From Candidatus Iainarchaeum sp. (lineage in GTDB: Archaea; Iainarchaeota; Iainarchaeia; Iainarchaeales; GCA-2688035), in the NCBI GenBank assembly GCA_028713935.1, contig JAQTNI010000016.1, positions 1-26,741 on the forward strand: 26,741 nt of DNA, read 5' to 3'. The notes below the pieces were generated by a model. It was not told the DNA's origin and did no database searches. It was given only the letters and a program-made list of their open reading frames with translations. The number at the start of each line of letters is the position of its first letter. Position 1 is the first letter of the stretch. The translations under genes and the position numbers were made by a program. Of the stretch, positions 15,084-21,775 are shown piece by piece.

Positions 15084-15123
15084 AATCAACCAAACCTATA
15101 TTAAATTATATGTTTGGTTAATT
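15084..15123 (-). promoter_or_regulatory. inverted repeat enclosing a TATA-like box between the hef stop and the abiEii start
   Basis: AATCAACCAAAC (15084-15095) and GTTTGGTTAATT (15112-15123) form 12-nt arms with 1 mismatch around the 16-nt spacer CTATATTAAATTATAT. The spacer centre is about 29 nt upstream of the abiEii ATG (15074). Roles as operator/promoter and/or hef terminator hairpin are inferred. Confidence 0.4.
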
Positions 15124-15126
15124 CAA

Positions 15127-17409
15127 CTATTCTTCCTTGTATTCTGACCAGAAGATTTTTTTTATTTGCCTTGCTTTTTTTGGCCCAAGGTTGTCCAGTT
15201 GTTGCAGGTCTTTTCCAAGCGCGTTTGAAATGTTCCTGATTGTTTTGAATTTTCTCAGCAGTGCAACTGCTGTTTCTGGGCCAATGTTTGGCAGTGATTC
15301 AATCACAAACCTTTGCCTTTCAGGTAAGGCCATTCCTTTTCTGCCTATGCGCAGCCTGATGCTTTTGTATTTGTTCAGTTGCTCTCTTTTTGCTGTAATG
15401 AAAAGGAATTCAGCTGTTTCATCGGCATTTTCAGTGAACAAAACAGGCGTCCTGTATGAAACAGCAATTGAAGTGAGCGCCCCAATAATTGCGTTCCTGT
15501 GGATATTGCGCAGTGTGAACAGGTCTTTGTAATTTCCTTCAACAATTATCATCGGGCTTTCGTAATTTGCTGTCATTGCGGGCAGTTGCGTGAAAAGCCT
15601 TCCGTCAATAATGCTTTGCAAAAAGTCTTTCACTGTTTTTCTTTCCACTATGCATCTGTCGCTTAAAACGTAATCTCCCACTTCAAGTTGTTTTTCCCTT
15701 ACAATGCAGCCTTTTTCAGAGAGTTTTTTTGCTATTTCAGAACTCTGTTCCCTTTGGTCAGCGTAAATTAACAATTGTTCTTTTTCACTGGTTTGTTTTT
15801 CTTCTTTGAAGCTGTCAAGAGTGGTTTGCTTGTCGCGCTTGTATTTGTCTTCCTGCATTCCTGCCTGCATTTTTTTCAAGGTGTTGTGAGCTTTTTTTTC
15901 TTTTGCATTGGCATTCCAGTAAAATGCTTCGTCCCTTGTCTTGTTTGCCATGAGCATTACTACTTTGCCGGGTGCAAGCCTTCCTGTTCTTCCTCTTCTC
16001 TGGATTGCCCGAATTTCAGAAGGGACTGGCTCGTAAAAAACAACCAAGTCAACGTTTGGCAAATCAAGGCCTTCTTCTGCAACAGAAGAACCCACGAGTG
16101 TGTTTAGTTCCCCTGTTTTCAGTTTTTGAATTGTTTCTCCTTGTTCTTTTTGTGTCATGCCTTTTTCGTTTTGCTTTGCTGCCTGGCCAATGAATTTTTC
16201 GGCTTTTATGCCCGGCACAGTGTTCAGGAATTCCGCAATGTTTTTTATTGAATCCCTGTAATGGTTGAAAACAAGTGCCTTGCCTTCCGGGTGCTCCAAG
16301 AATTGCCTCAAAAGAATTTCTTTTAATTTTCCTATTTTTGGATGGTTAAAATTTTTTTCTTTAAGGAAAGAGGCTGCTTTCATTGCCTCAAAAAATTGTT
16401 TTTTTGCAACCAATTGCTTCACTGCCCTGCTGGCATCTGCCTTGAAGGCGTCTGCCTTTATTCTTTCAAAATAATCGTGCAAAGCAAAAATTCCCTGTGT
16501 TTCAAGCAGTGTCTGGGCATGGCTGATTTTTAAGAGCTGCGCTGCTGCTGTTGCTCCTGCAAAAAGGCTTGGCTGTGTTTTTCCGTGCCTTGCAATTCTT
16601 TTTCTTATTTCAATCTGCAATTCCAAAATTCTTTTTTTGCTGTAAAAACCCGGATTTGTTGTTTTTGCAAGCCCTGTTTTTTTCAGCATTGCAATTGCGT
16701 CCCTGGCTGTCTGTTCCAGGAGAAGCTTGATTTCCAGCATTTCTTCAGGCAAATCAACTCTTTCCCATTCGATTTTTATTTCATGCGAAAATTGTTTTAT
16801 GTCTTCATCCTGCAAGGTCTTGATTTCAATGTTTTTAATTGAAAGGTTCCTGCATACTTCCTGAATTTTGTCTTCAGTGCTTCCAGGCGATGCTGTTAAT
16901 GCAAGTACAAGGCCTTGTTTTGCCTGCTTTGCATATTTTTCTGAAATGTAAACATAGCTGTATTCCTTTGATGCCCTGTGAGCTTCGTCAAAAATGCACA
17001 ATCCGACTTCTTGCAGGGAAATTTGCTGGTTGCGCAGGTCGTTTTCAATTGTCTGGGGCGTTGCAGAAATAATTGTTGCATTGTTCCATTCTTCAGCTCT
17101 TTTTTCAGGTATTATTGTGCCAGTGAAAAGCAAAATTTTTTCTTTTGGAATATTTAAAAATTTTTGAAGGCTTTTCTGGTGCTGTTCCGCAAGAGGCTTT
17201 GTAGGTGAGAGAAAAAGAATTTTTGATTCGGGGTTTTTTTGCAGGACATTTGCAGCAACAATTGCTGCAATAACTGTTTTTCCAAGTGCTGTTGGCGCAA
17301 CAATAAGGGAATTTCCCGCAGCCAACACCCTGTTTGCAAGTGTTTCCTGAAAAGCGCGCTTTTCAATTGTTTTTTCCCTAATCAATTCGTGTTCCAAAAA
17401 ATCAGGCAT
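15127..17409 (-). CDS. hef: Hef (helicase-associated endonuclease for fork-structured DNA; XPF/ERCC4 family with SF2 helicase)
   Basis: Walker A APTALGKT, DEAH box CIFDEAH, helicase motif VI QRRGRTGR, ERCC4 nuclease block ADQREQSS...GDYVLSD..IVERKTVKDF, and a C-terminal HhH2. Start trimmed to the ATG at 17409; the ORF extends to 17436. Confidence 0.9.
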   Translation of the reverse strand: MPDFLEHELIREKTIEKRAFQETLANRVLAAGNSLIVAPTALGKTVIAAIVAANVLQKNPESKILFLSPTKPLAEQHQKSLQKFLNIPKEKILLFTGTIIPEKRAEEWNNATIISATPQTIENDLRNQQISLQEVGLCIFDEAHRASKEYSYVYISEKYAKQAKQGLVLALTASPGSTEDKIQEVCRNLSIKNIEIKTLQDEDIKQFSHEIKIEWERVDLPEEMLEIKLLLEQTARDAIAMLKKTGLAKTTNPGFYSKKRILELQIEIRKRIARHGKTQPSLFAGATAAAQLLKISHAQTLLETQGIFALHDYFERIKADAFKADASRAVKQLVAKKQFFEAMKAASFLKEKNFNHPKIGKLKEILLRQFLEHPEGKALVFNHYRDSIKNIAEFLNTVPGIKAEKFIGQAAKQNEKGMTQKEQGETIQKLKTGELNTLVGSSVAEEGLDLPNVDLVVFYEPVPSEIRAIQRRGRTGRLAPGKVVMLMANKTRDEAFYWNANAKEKKAHNTLKKMQAGMQEDKYKRDKQTTLDSFKEEKQTSEKEQLLIYADQREQSSEIAKKLSEKGCIVREKQLEVGDYVLSDRCIVERKTVKDFLQSIIDGRLFTQLPAMTANYESPMIIVEGNYKDLFTLRNIHRNAIIGALTSIAVSYRTPVLFTENADETAEFLFITAKREQLNKYKSIRLRIGRKGMALPERQRFVIESLPNIGPETAVALLRKFKTIRNISNALGKDLQQLDNLGPKKARQIKKIFWSEYKEE
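15128..15146. repeat. 19-nt perfect direct repeat, copy 2 (3' end of hef)
   Basis: TATTCTTCCTTGTATTCTG is identical to 13835-13853. On the minus strand it encodes the hef C-terminus ..EYKEE plus TA of the stop. Confidence 0.95.
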
Positions 17410-17534
17410 TGCAACCAATACAATTTTGCAGGGCATTGCTTTTAATCATTTATACACTGGATTTCCACTGTTTTGTTTGCATGCAAATGTAAAAAAACCA
17501 TTTTTTATTGTATTCAAAAGTATATTGGTGAATT

Positions 17535-17551
17535 CTTTTGCTTAGCAAAAG
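17535..17551. repeat. 17-nt perfect palindrome adjacent to element copy B
   Basis: CTTTTGCT-T-AGCAAAAG. It occupies the same position relative to the 43-nt element as hairpin 13511-13529 does at copy A, but with a different sequence. Confidence 0.7.
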
Positions 17552-17552
17552 A

Positions 17553-17595
17553 CTCTTTTTCCAAGGTTTTTCTCTTTAGAGAAAAAGCTTTTTTT
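17553..17595. repeat. ~43-nt palindrome-bearing element, copy B
   Basis: CTCTTTTTCCAAGGTTTTTCTCTTTAGAGAAAAAGCTTTTTTT. The core hairpin is TTTTTCTCT-TT-AGAGAAAAA (17567-17586). It lies in the hef/histone divergent intergenic region. Confidence 0.85.
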
Positions 17596-17717
17596 CAAAC
17601 TTTTTTTTGAATCAAGCCCGTTTTCGGCTTTTTTTGCTTTAAAAAGCCCGCATATGTTTTTATTTTGGTTTGTTCTTTACTATAAACAGTTTTTTATTGT
17701 TTTTTGGAGGAATTTTT

Positions 17718-17924
17718 GTGTCTGAATTGCCTTTGGCTGCTGTTGACAGGATAATTCGAAAAGCCGGCGGCGGCAGGGTTTCAGAAGAAGCAGCTGCTGC
17801 CCTTGCAGATGTGCTTGAAGAGCACGGAATTAAAGTTGCACGCAAGGCAGCCGAATACTCAAAGCATGCCCACAGAAAAACAATCACTGCCGCGGATATC
17901 CAATTGGCCGTAAAAAGCCCATGA
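17718..17924 (+). CDS. archaeal histone (HMf family)
   Basis: GTG start at 17718 with GGAGG 7 nt upstream. ELPLAAVDRIIRKAGGGRVSEEAAAALADVLEEHGIKVARKAAEYSKHAHRKTITAADIQLAVK is a canonical histone fold of about 68 aa. Confidence 0.9.
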   Translation: MSELPLAAVDRIIRKAGGGRVSEEAAAALADVLEEHGIKVARKAAEYSKHAHRKTITAADIQLAVKSP

Positions 17925-17948
17925 TTTTCTTTTTTTTATTGTGATTGT

Positions 17949-18263
17949 ATGGATGAAGAGAAAGGGCTGATTGTTTGTTGCCCGCAATGCGGTTCTGCAA
18001 ATATTTCTCCAAGGGTTGGGTATGGAGGAATTTCTACAACTGTTGATTGCGGAGACTGTGCTTATTTTGGCTTGCCAGTTGAAATTACTCCTGTCGGAAG
18101 ACAGGCAATAATAAAGAGGTTTAATGCAACTGGCCCGAAACAAAAAGCCTGGCTTTTTACCGGCAAAAAAAGAATTGCTGCGCTGGCTTTGTTTATTGCA
18201 ATTGTCTTGCTGTTTGTTTATGCAGTGGTTTATTTCTGGCTCTCAAGCCCGGTAAAATTCTGA
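17949..18263 (+). CDS. hypothetical Zn-ribbon protein with C-terminal transmembrane helix
   Basis: CPQCGS...CGDC four-Cys ribbon, then the hydrophobic IAALALFIAIVLLFVYAVVYFWL. It follows the histone gene by 24 nt. Confidence 0.5.
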   Translation: MDEEKGLIVCCPQCGSANISPRVGYGGISTTVDCGDCAYFGLPVEITPVGRQAIIKRFNATGPKQKAWLFTGKKRIAALALFIAIVLLFVYAVVYFWLSSPVKF

Positions 18264-18820
18264 TTATTCTTTTGGCTTTTTTTCATTATTCTTTTTATTG
18301 CCTGGATTGTTTTTTCCAGTTTTTGTTTTTTTGTTGTGTGGGTGCTGTTTATTATTATGTCAAAATTTTTTTTGTCAAGATAATTTATTCCGTACAAATC
18401 GCGGTAACGCTTTTTTTCCGATGCAAGCCGTTTTTTCATGTTTTCAAATGTTTTTTTCATTGAAGTATTTTCCTGTTCGTCTTTCCTCATGTCTTTGTAA
18501 ACCCTGCGTGCTGCCTCGCTCATTGAAATTTCCAAAAAAATTTTTATTGAATTCGGAATAAAATGCCATGCAAGCCTTGAATCAATTATAAAATTGTCCT
18601 TTGTTTTCCCAAGTTTTTCTGTCCATAAGTCAACCTGCCTGTCAATGCTTTTGTCATGCTCAGCCATTCTTCCCAATTCCAGAAGGTTTACTCCGCGTTC
18701 CCCTGCAATTTCGCGCATAAAGCCCCCGGCCGAATAATGCTTCAATCCTAATTTTTCCGCAATTTCTTTTGCAAGAGTGCTTTTTCCGCTGCCTGGCATT
18801 CCTGAAATTGTAATAATCAT
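18230..18820 (-). CDS. cmk: archaeal-type cytidylate (CMP) kinase
   Basis: Trimmed to the ATG at 18820. MIITISGMPGSGKSTLAKEIAEKLGLKHYSAGGFMRE...IIDSRLAWHFIP fits archaeal Cmk/AAA-kinase architecture. Confidence 0.75.
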   Translation of the reverse strand: MIITISGMPGSGKSTLAKEIAEKLGLKHYSAGGFMREIAGERGVNLLELGRMAEHDKSIDRQVDLWTEKLGKTKDNFIIDSRLAWHFIPNSIKIFLEISMSEAARRVYKDMRKDEQENTSMKKTFENMKKRLASEKKRYRDLYGINYLDKKNFDIIINSTHTTKKQKLEKTIQAIKRIMKKSQKNNQNFTGLESQK

Positions 18821-18911
18821 TTGAACCGCTTCTTTCATCAAAACAAATTATTATTAATGTCTAAGAAAATAATATTAATCAAGTATTAATAGTTATTTTT
18901 TTGGTGTTTTT

Positions 18912-20192
18912 TTGAACAAATCCTATTCCGGCTATATTTGCCAGGATTACAAGCCGCGCCAGGATGACCTTGTTGCGGAATTTTTTTTGGAAAAAGGCAG
19001 GGGGGCATCTTTTGCAGAGGCCTGCCAGGCAATTGCTTCTGAATCCAGCATTGGCACATGGACAGAAATTTTAACAATGAAGCCGGAAATTGCAGAAAGG
19101 CTTTCCCCAAAAATTTTTTCCCTGAATTATTCTTCAGGCATAGTGAAAATTGCTTACCCAATTGCCCTGTTTGAAAAAGGCAATATTCCGCAGTTGCTTT
19201 CAAGCATTGCGGGAAATATTTTTGGAATGAAGGAAGTCAAAAATTTGCGCCTGGAAGACATTGATTTTCCCGCTGAATATGTCAGCAGTTTCAAAGGCCC
19301 GAAATTTGGCATTGAAGGAATAAGAAAAATTTTGCGCGTTCCCCACAGGCCTTTGCTTGGGACAATTATAAAGCCAAAGCTTGGCTTGTCACCGGAAGGC
19401 CATGCCCAGGTTGCTTTTGATGCCTGGATTGGCGGCTGTGATTTGGTAAAAGATGATGAAAATTTGACAAGCATGGCTTTTAATAATTTTGAAAAACGCG
19501 TAAAAGCAACGCTTGCAATGAGAAACAGTGCTGAAAAAATTACCGGTGAGAGAAAGGCTTACATGGCAAATATCACTGCGCCTTACAAAGAAATGCTGAA
19601 AAGGGCAAAATTTTTGAAAAAGCAGGGTTGTGAATATGCAATGGTTGACATTGTTTCTGTTGGCTGGAGCGCTTTGCAGGAACTGCGCAATGAAAACCTT
19701 GGATTGATTCTTCACGGGCACAGGGCTGGGCATGCAGCTTTCACAAGAAACCCGAAGCACGGGATAAGCATGCTTGCAATTGCAAAGCTCTGCAGGCTGG
19801 CAGGCCTTGACCAGTTGCATATTGGCGCTATTTTTGGAAAAATGGAAGGCAAAAGGTTTGAAGTGAAAAAAATTGGGGAAGAAATTGAGCACAAAATTGT
19901 TCACAAGGATTTTGGAGGCCATGTGCTTGCGGAAAATTGGCTGAATATCAAGCCAATGCTTGCTGTCTGTTCTGGTGGTTTGCATCCTGCAAAAGTCCCT
20001 CTTCTGCTTAAGGCGCTTGGAAATGACATTGTAATTCAGGCAGGGGGCGGAGTATCGGGTCATAAGGGGGGTGTCATTGCTGGTGCTAAGGCCATGAGGC
20101 AAGCGATTGATGCAGCTATGAATGAAATCCCACTTAAAGTGTATGCTAAAATGCACGACGAATTAAGAACCGCCTTGGAACAGTGGGGATAA
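18912..20192 (+). CDS. rbcL: ribulose-1,5-bisphosphate carboxylase/oxygenase large subunit, form III-like
   Basis: 426 aa. GTWTE, GNIFG, IKPKLGLS, DLVKDDENL, LHGHRAGHAAF, LHIG, GKMEG, SGGLHP and QAGGGVSGH: every catalytic or activation position I can place is conserved, so it is a bona fide carboxylase rather than a form IV RLP. No small subunit is present. Apparent TTG start. Confidence 0.9.
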   Translation: MNKSYSGYICQDYKPRQDDLVAEFFLEKGRGASFAEACQAIASESSIGTWTEILTMKPEIAERLSPKIFSLNYSSGIVKIAYPIALFEKGNIPQLLSSIAGNIFGMKEVKNLRLEDIDFPAEYVSSFKGPKFGIEGIRKILRVPHRPLLGTIIKPKLGLSPEGHAQVAFDAWIGGCDLVKDDENLTSMAFNNFEKRVKATLAMRNSAEKITGERKAYMANITAPYKEMLKRAKFLKKQGCEYAMVDIVSVGWSALQELRNENLGLILHGHRAGHAAFTRNPKHGISMLAIAKLCRLAGLDQLHIGAIFGKMEGKRFEVKKIGEEIEHKIVHKDFGGHVLAENWLNIKPMLAVCSGGLHPAKVPLLLKALGNDIVIQAGGGVSGHKGGVIAGAKAMRQAIDAAMNEIPLKVYAKMHDELRTALEQWG

Positions 20193-21344
20193 TTTGTAAA
20201 AGTAGGTTTGTTCTTTTTTTATTCGTTCGATTTTGTCTTCTTTTAATAAACCAGCTAAGTGCCTTCGGACACTTCTTGCCGGAATTTTGAGACATTGCGC
20301 CAATTCAAAGCTTGTTTTCGATTCGTTGAGGTTTGCTAAAATTTGTTTTCGTCTTGTTTTTGCAGTTTCTGTGGTATGTTTTCCACGAACAAATCGTTTT
20401 GAAGAGATTAAAAATTCGATTTTGTCTTCTTTGAATCCGAACGAAATAAGGGGGAATCGTTTTTGTAGTTTTTCCACATCTTTGTAGATGCCATCAATCG
20501 ATTTAATGTAAAAATAATAAACCTCACTATAGTTTTTTTTCTCTTTTGGTTGTGTACAGTTGTATTTTAACCCGACACACAAATCATGCAAGTCATTTGT
20601 CATTTTTTCATTTTTTAATAGAATTTGGACATACTCTGTGCCAACAGCACCCTCATCAAGAATTGCAGACACAAGAAAAGCAAGCCGGATACTTTTATTT
20701 GAATTTTTAATCTTTTTTGGAATTTTTGTTTCAAAAGAGTCAAAACTGTCAAATTTGCATACGTGCTTGCATATTTCGCCAACTATGCGAGGCAATTGCA
20801 CATTGTAGACATTTTTTTTGTCTTTACGCGTTGCTGCTGGGACTTCCCCAAAACAGTTTTTAACTTTCTTAATGAAGTCAGCCACTTGGACGGGATTCTT
20901 TTGGCTGTAAAAACTGCCTTTGCAATCTTTTGGCAAGCTTCCATCAAAGCAAAAATGGCCTGCCAAAGAAACAAGTTCTGGGCTAAATTCTACTGGCAAA
21001 ACAGGGCTGTAAATGTAAAGTCTTTTCGGGGTGTTTGTTTTTTTATAACAAATTATGTTTTGCTCCATTTCCCCAAAAGACAATTCTGCTATTTTTGTAA
21101 GTTCCATTAATGCCCATAATGGAATTTCAACATTGCTGTATTCAATCCAATCAAACCAGCGCGCATAACTAACTTTGATATTTTTTTGCAAAGCAAACCT
21201 TGATTTATTCAGTTTTTTGATTATTTTCGCTTTGTTTTTTGGAAGATTGTGCAAGATTTTTTGCTTTAACCCTTTTGAAATTTTTATTCGAATATCATAA
21301 ACTGCATTTGGGATCAACTCCCAAATATGGAAAAGTTTCTTCAT
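20163..21344 (-). CDS. free-standing double-motif LAGLIDADG homing-endonuclease-like protein with C-terminal wHTH
   Basis: LVSLAGHFCFDGSL and LAFLVSAILDEGAV are two LAGLIDADG-type motifs about 100 aa apart. The C-terminal FELAQCLKIPARSVRRHLAGLLKEDKIERIKK is HTH-like. The region looks lower in GC than its neighbours. The 3' end overlaps the rbcL 3' end by 30 nt. Confidence 0.65.
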   Translation of the reverse strand: MKKLFHIWELIPNAVYDIRIKISKGLKQKILHNLPKNKAKIIKKLNKSRFALQKNIKVSYARWFDWIEYSNVEIPLWALMELTKIAELSFGEMEQNIICYKKTNTPKRLYIYSPVLPVEFSPELVSLAGHFCFDGSLPKDCKGSFYSQKNPVQVADFIKKVKNCFGEVPAATRKDKKNVYNVQLPRIVGEICKHVCKFDSFDSFETKIPKKIKNSNKSIRLAFLVSAILDEGAVGTEYVQILLKNEKMTNDLHDLCVGLKYNCTQPKEKKNYSEVYYFYIKSIDGIYKDVEKLQKRFPLISFGFKEDKIEFLISSKRFVRGKHTTETAKTRRKQILANLNESKTSFELAQCLKIPARSVRRHLAGLLKEDKIERIKKEQTYFYKLSPLFQGGS

Positions 21345-21436
21345 AACAATAATGCAATTTTTCTATTTAATTCGATTTTGGTAGTGCATTTCCCCTATTG
21401 AAAAGAATTAAAAATGCCTTTATCCATTTTTTGTTT

Positions 21437-21748
21437 ATGCATCAAAAATCTTTCAATGAAAAAGTCTGGGATGTTTTGAGAATGGTTCCTTCTGGGAAAG
21501 TTTCCACTTACAAGGCAATTGCAATTGCTTTGGGCAAGCCGGATTCAGCGCGCGCTGTCGGCAATGCCTGCAATAAAAACCCTTTTTCGCCTGAAGTGCC
21601 GTGCCACCGCGTTGTGAAATCAAACGGCGAACTTGGCGGTTTTGCAAAAGGCACAAAGAAAAAAGCGCGCCTGCTGGAAAAAGAAGGAATTAAAATCAAA
21701 AACAGCAAGATCCTGAATTTTGACAAGGTTATTTTTAAATTCAAATAA
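21437..21748 (+). CDS. ogt: methylated-DNA--protein-cysteine methyltransferase, C-terminal-domain-only form
   Basis: Trimmed to the ATG at 21437. VPSGKVSTYKAIAIALGKPDSARAVGNACNKNPFSPEVPCHRVVKSNGELGGF contains the PCHRV active site and the HTH. About 103 aa, with no N-terminal domain. Confidence 0.8.
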   Translation: MHQKSFNEKVWDVLRMVPSGKVSTYKAIAIALGKPDSARAVGNACNKNPFSPEVPCHRVVKSNGELGGFAKGTKKKARLLEKEGIKIKNSKILNFDKVIFKFK

Positions 21749-21775
21749 TTCTTTTTTTTGTGGGTTGTAAGCCGT

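Noticed and set aside
15074-15111. 10-nt direct repeat TAAATTATAT (15074-15083 and 15102-15111)
   Set aside because: It is a pure A/T sequence in an AT-rich promoter region, so a chance match is plausible. It is treated only as part of the promoter-like context.
15137-17445. Numerous 60-130-aa plus-strand ORFs across hef
   Set aside because: They are antisense shadows of the 769-aa Hef ORF, Phe/Cys/Leu-rich, with no SD or promoter context.
17455-17470. CACTGGA-TT-TCCACTG dyad as an origin recognition box (ORB)
   Set aside because: It is a single imperfect copy whose arrangement is permuted relative to the TCCAGTGGA ORB core. No repeated ORBs and no adjacent orc1/cdc6 gene are present in the window.
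19389-20156. 255-aa minus-strand ORF inside rbcL
   Set aside because: It is antisense to a confidently identified RuBisCO gene, shows no recognisable motifs, and is Cys/Phe/Asn-rich junk-like sequence.
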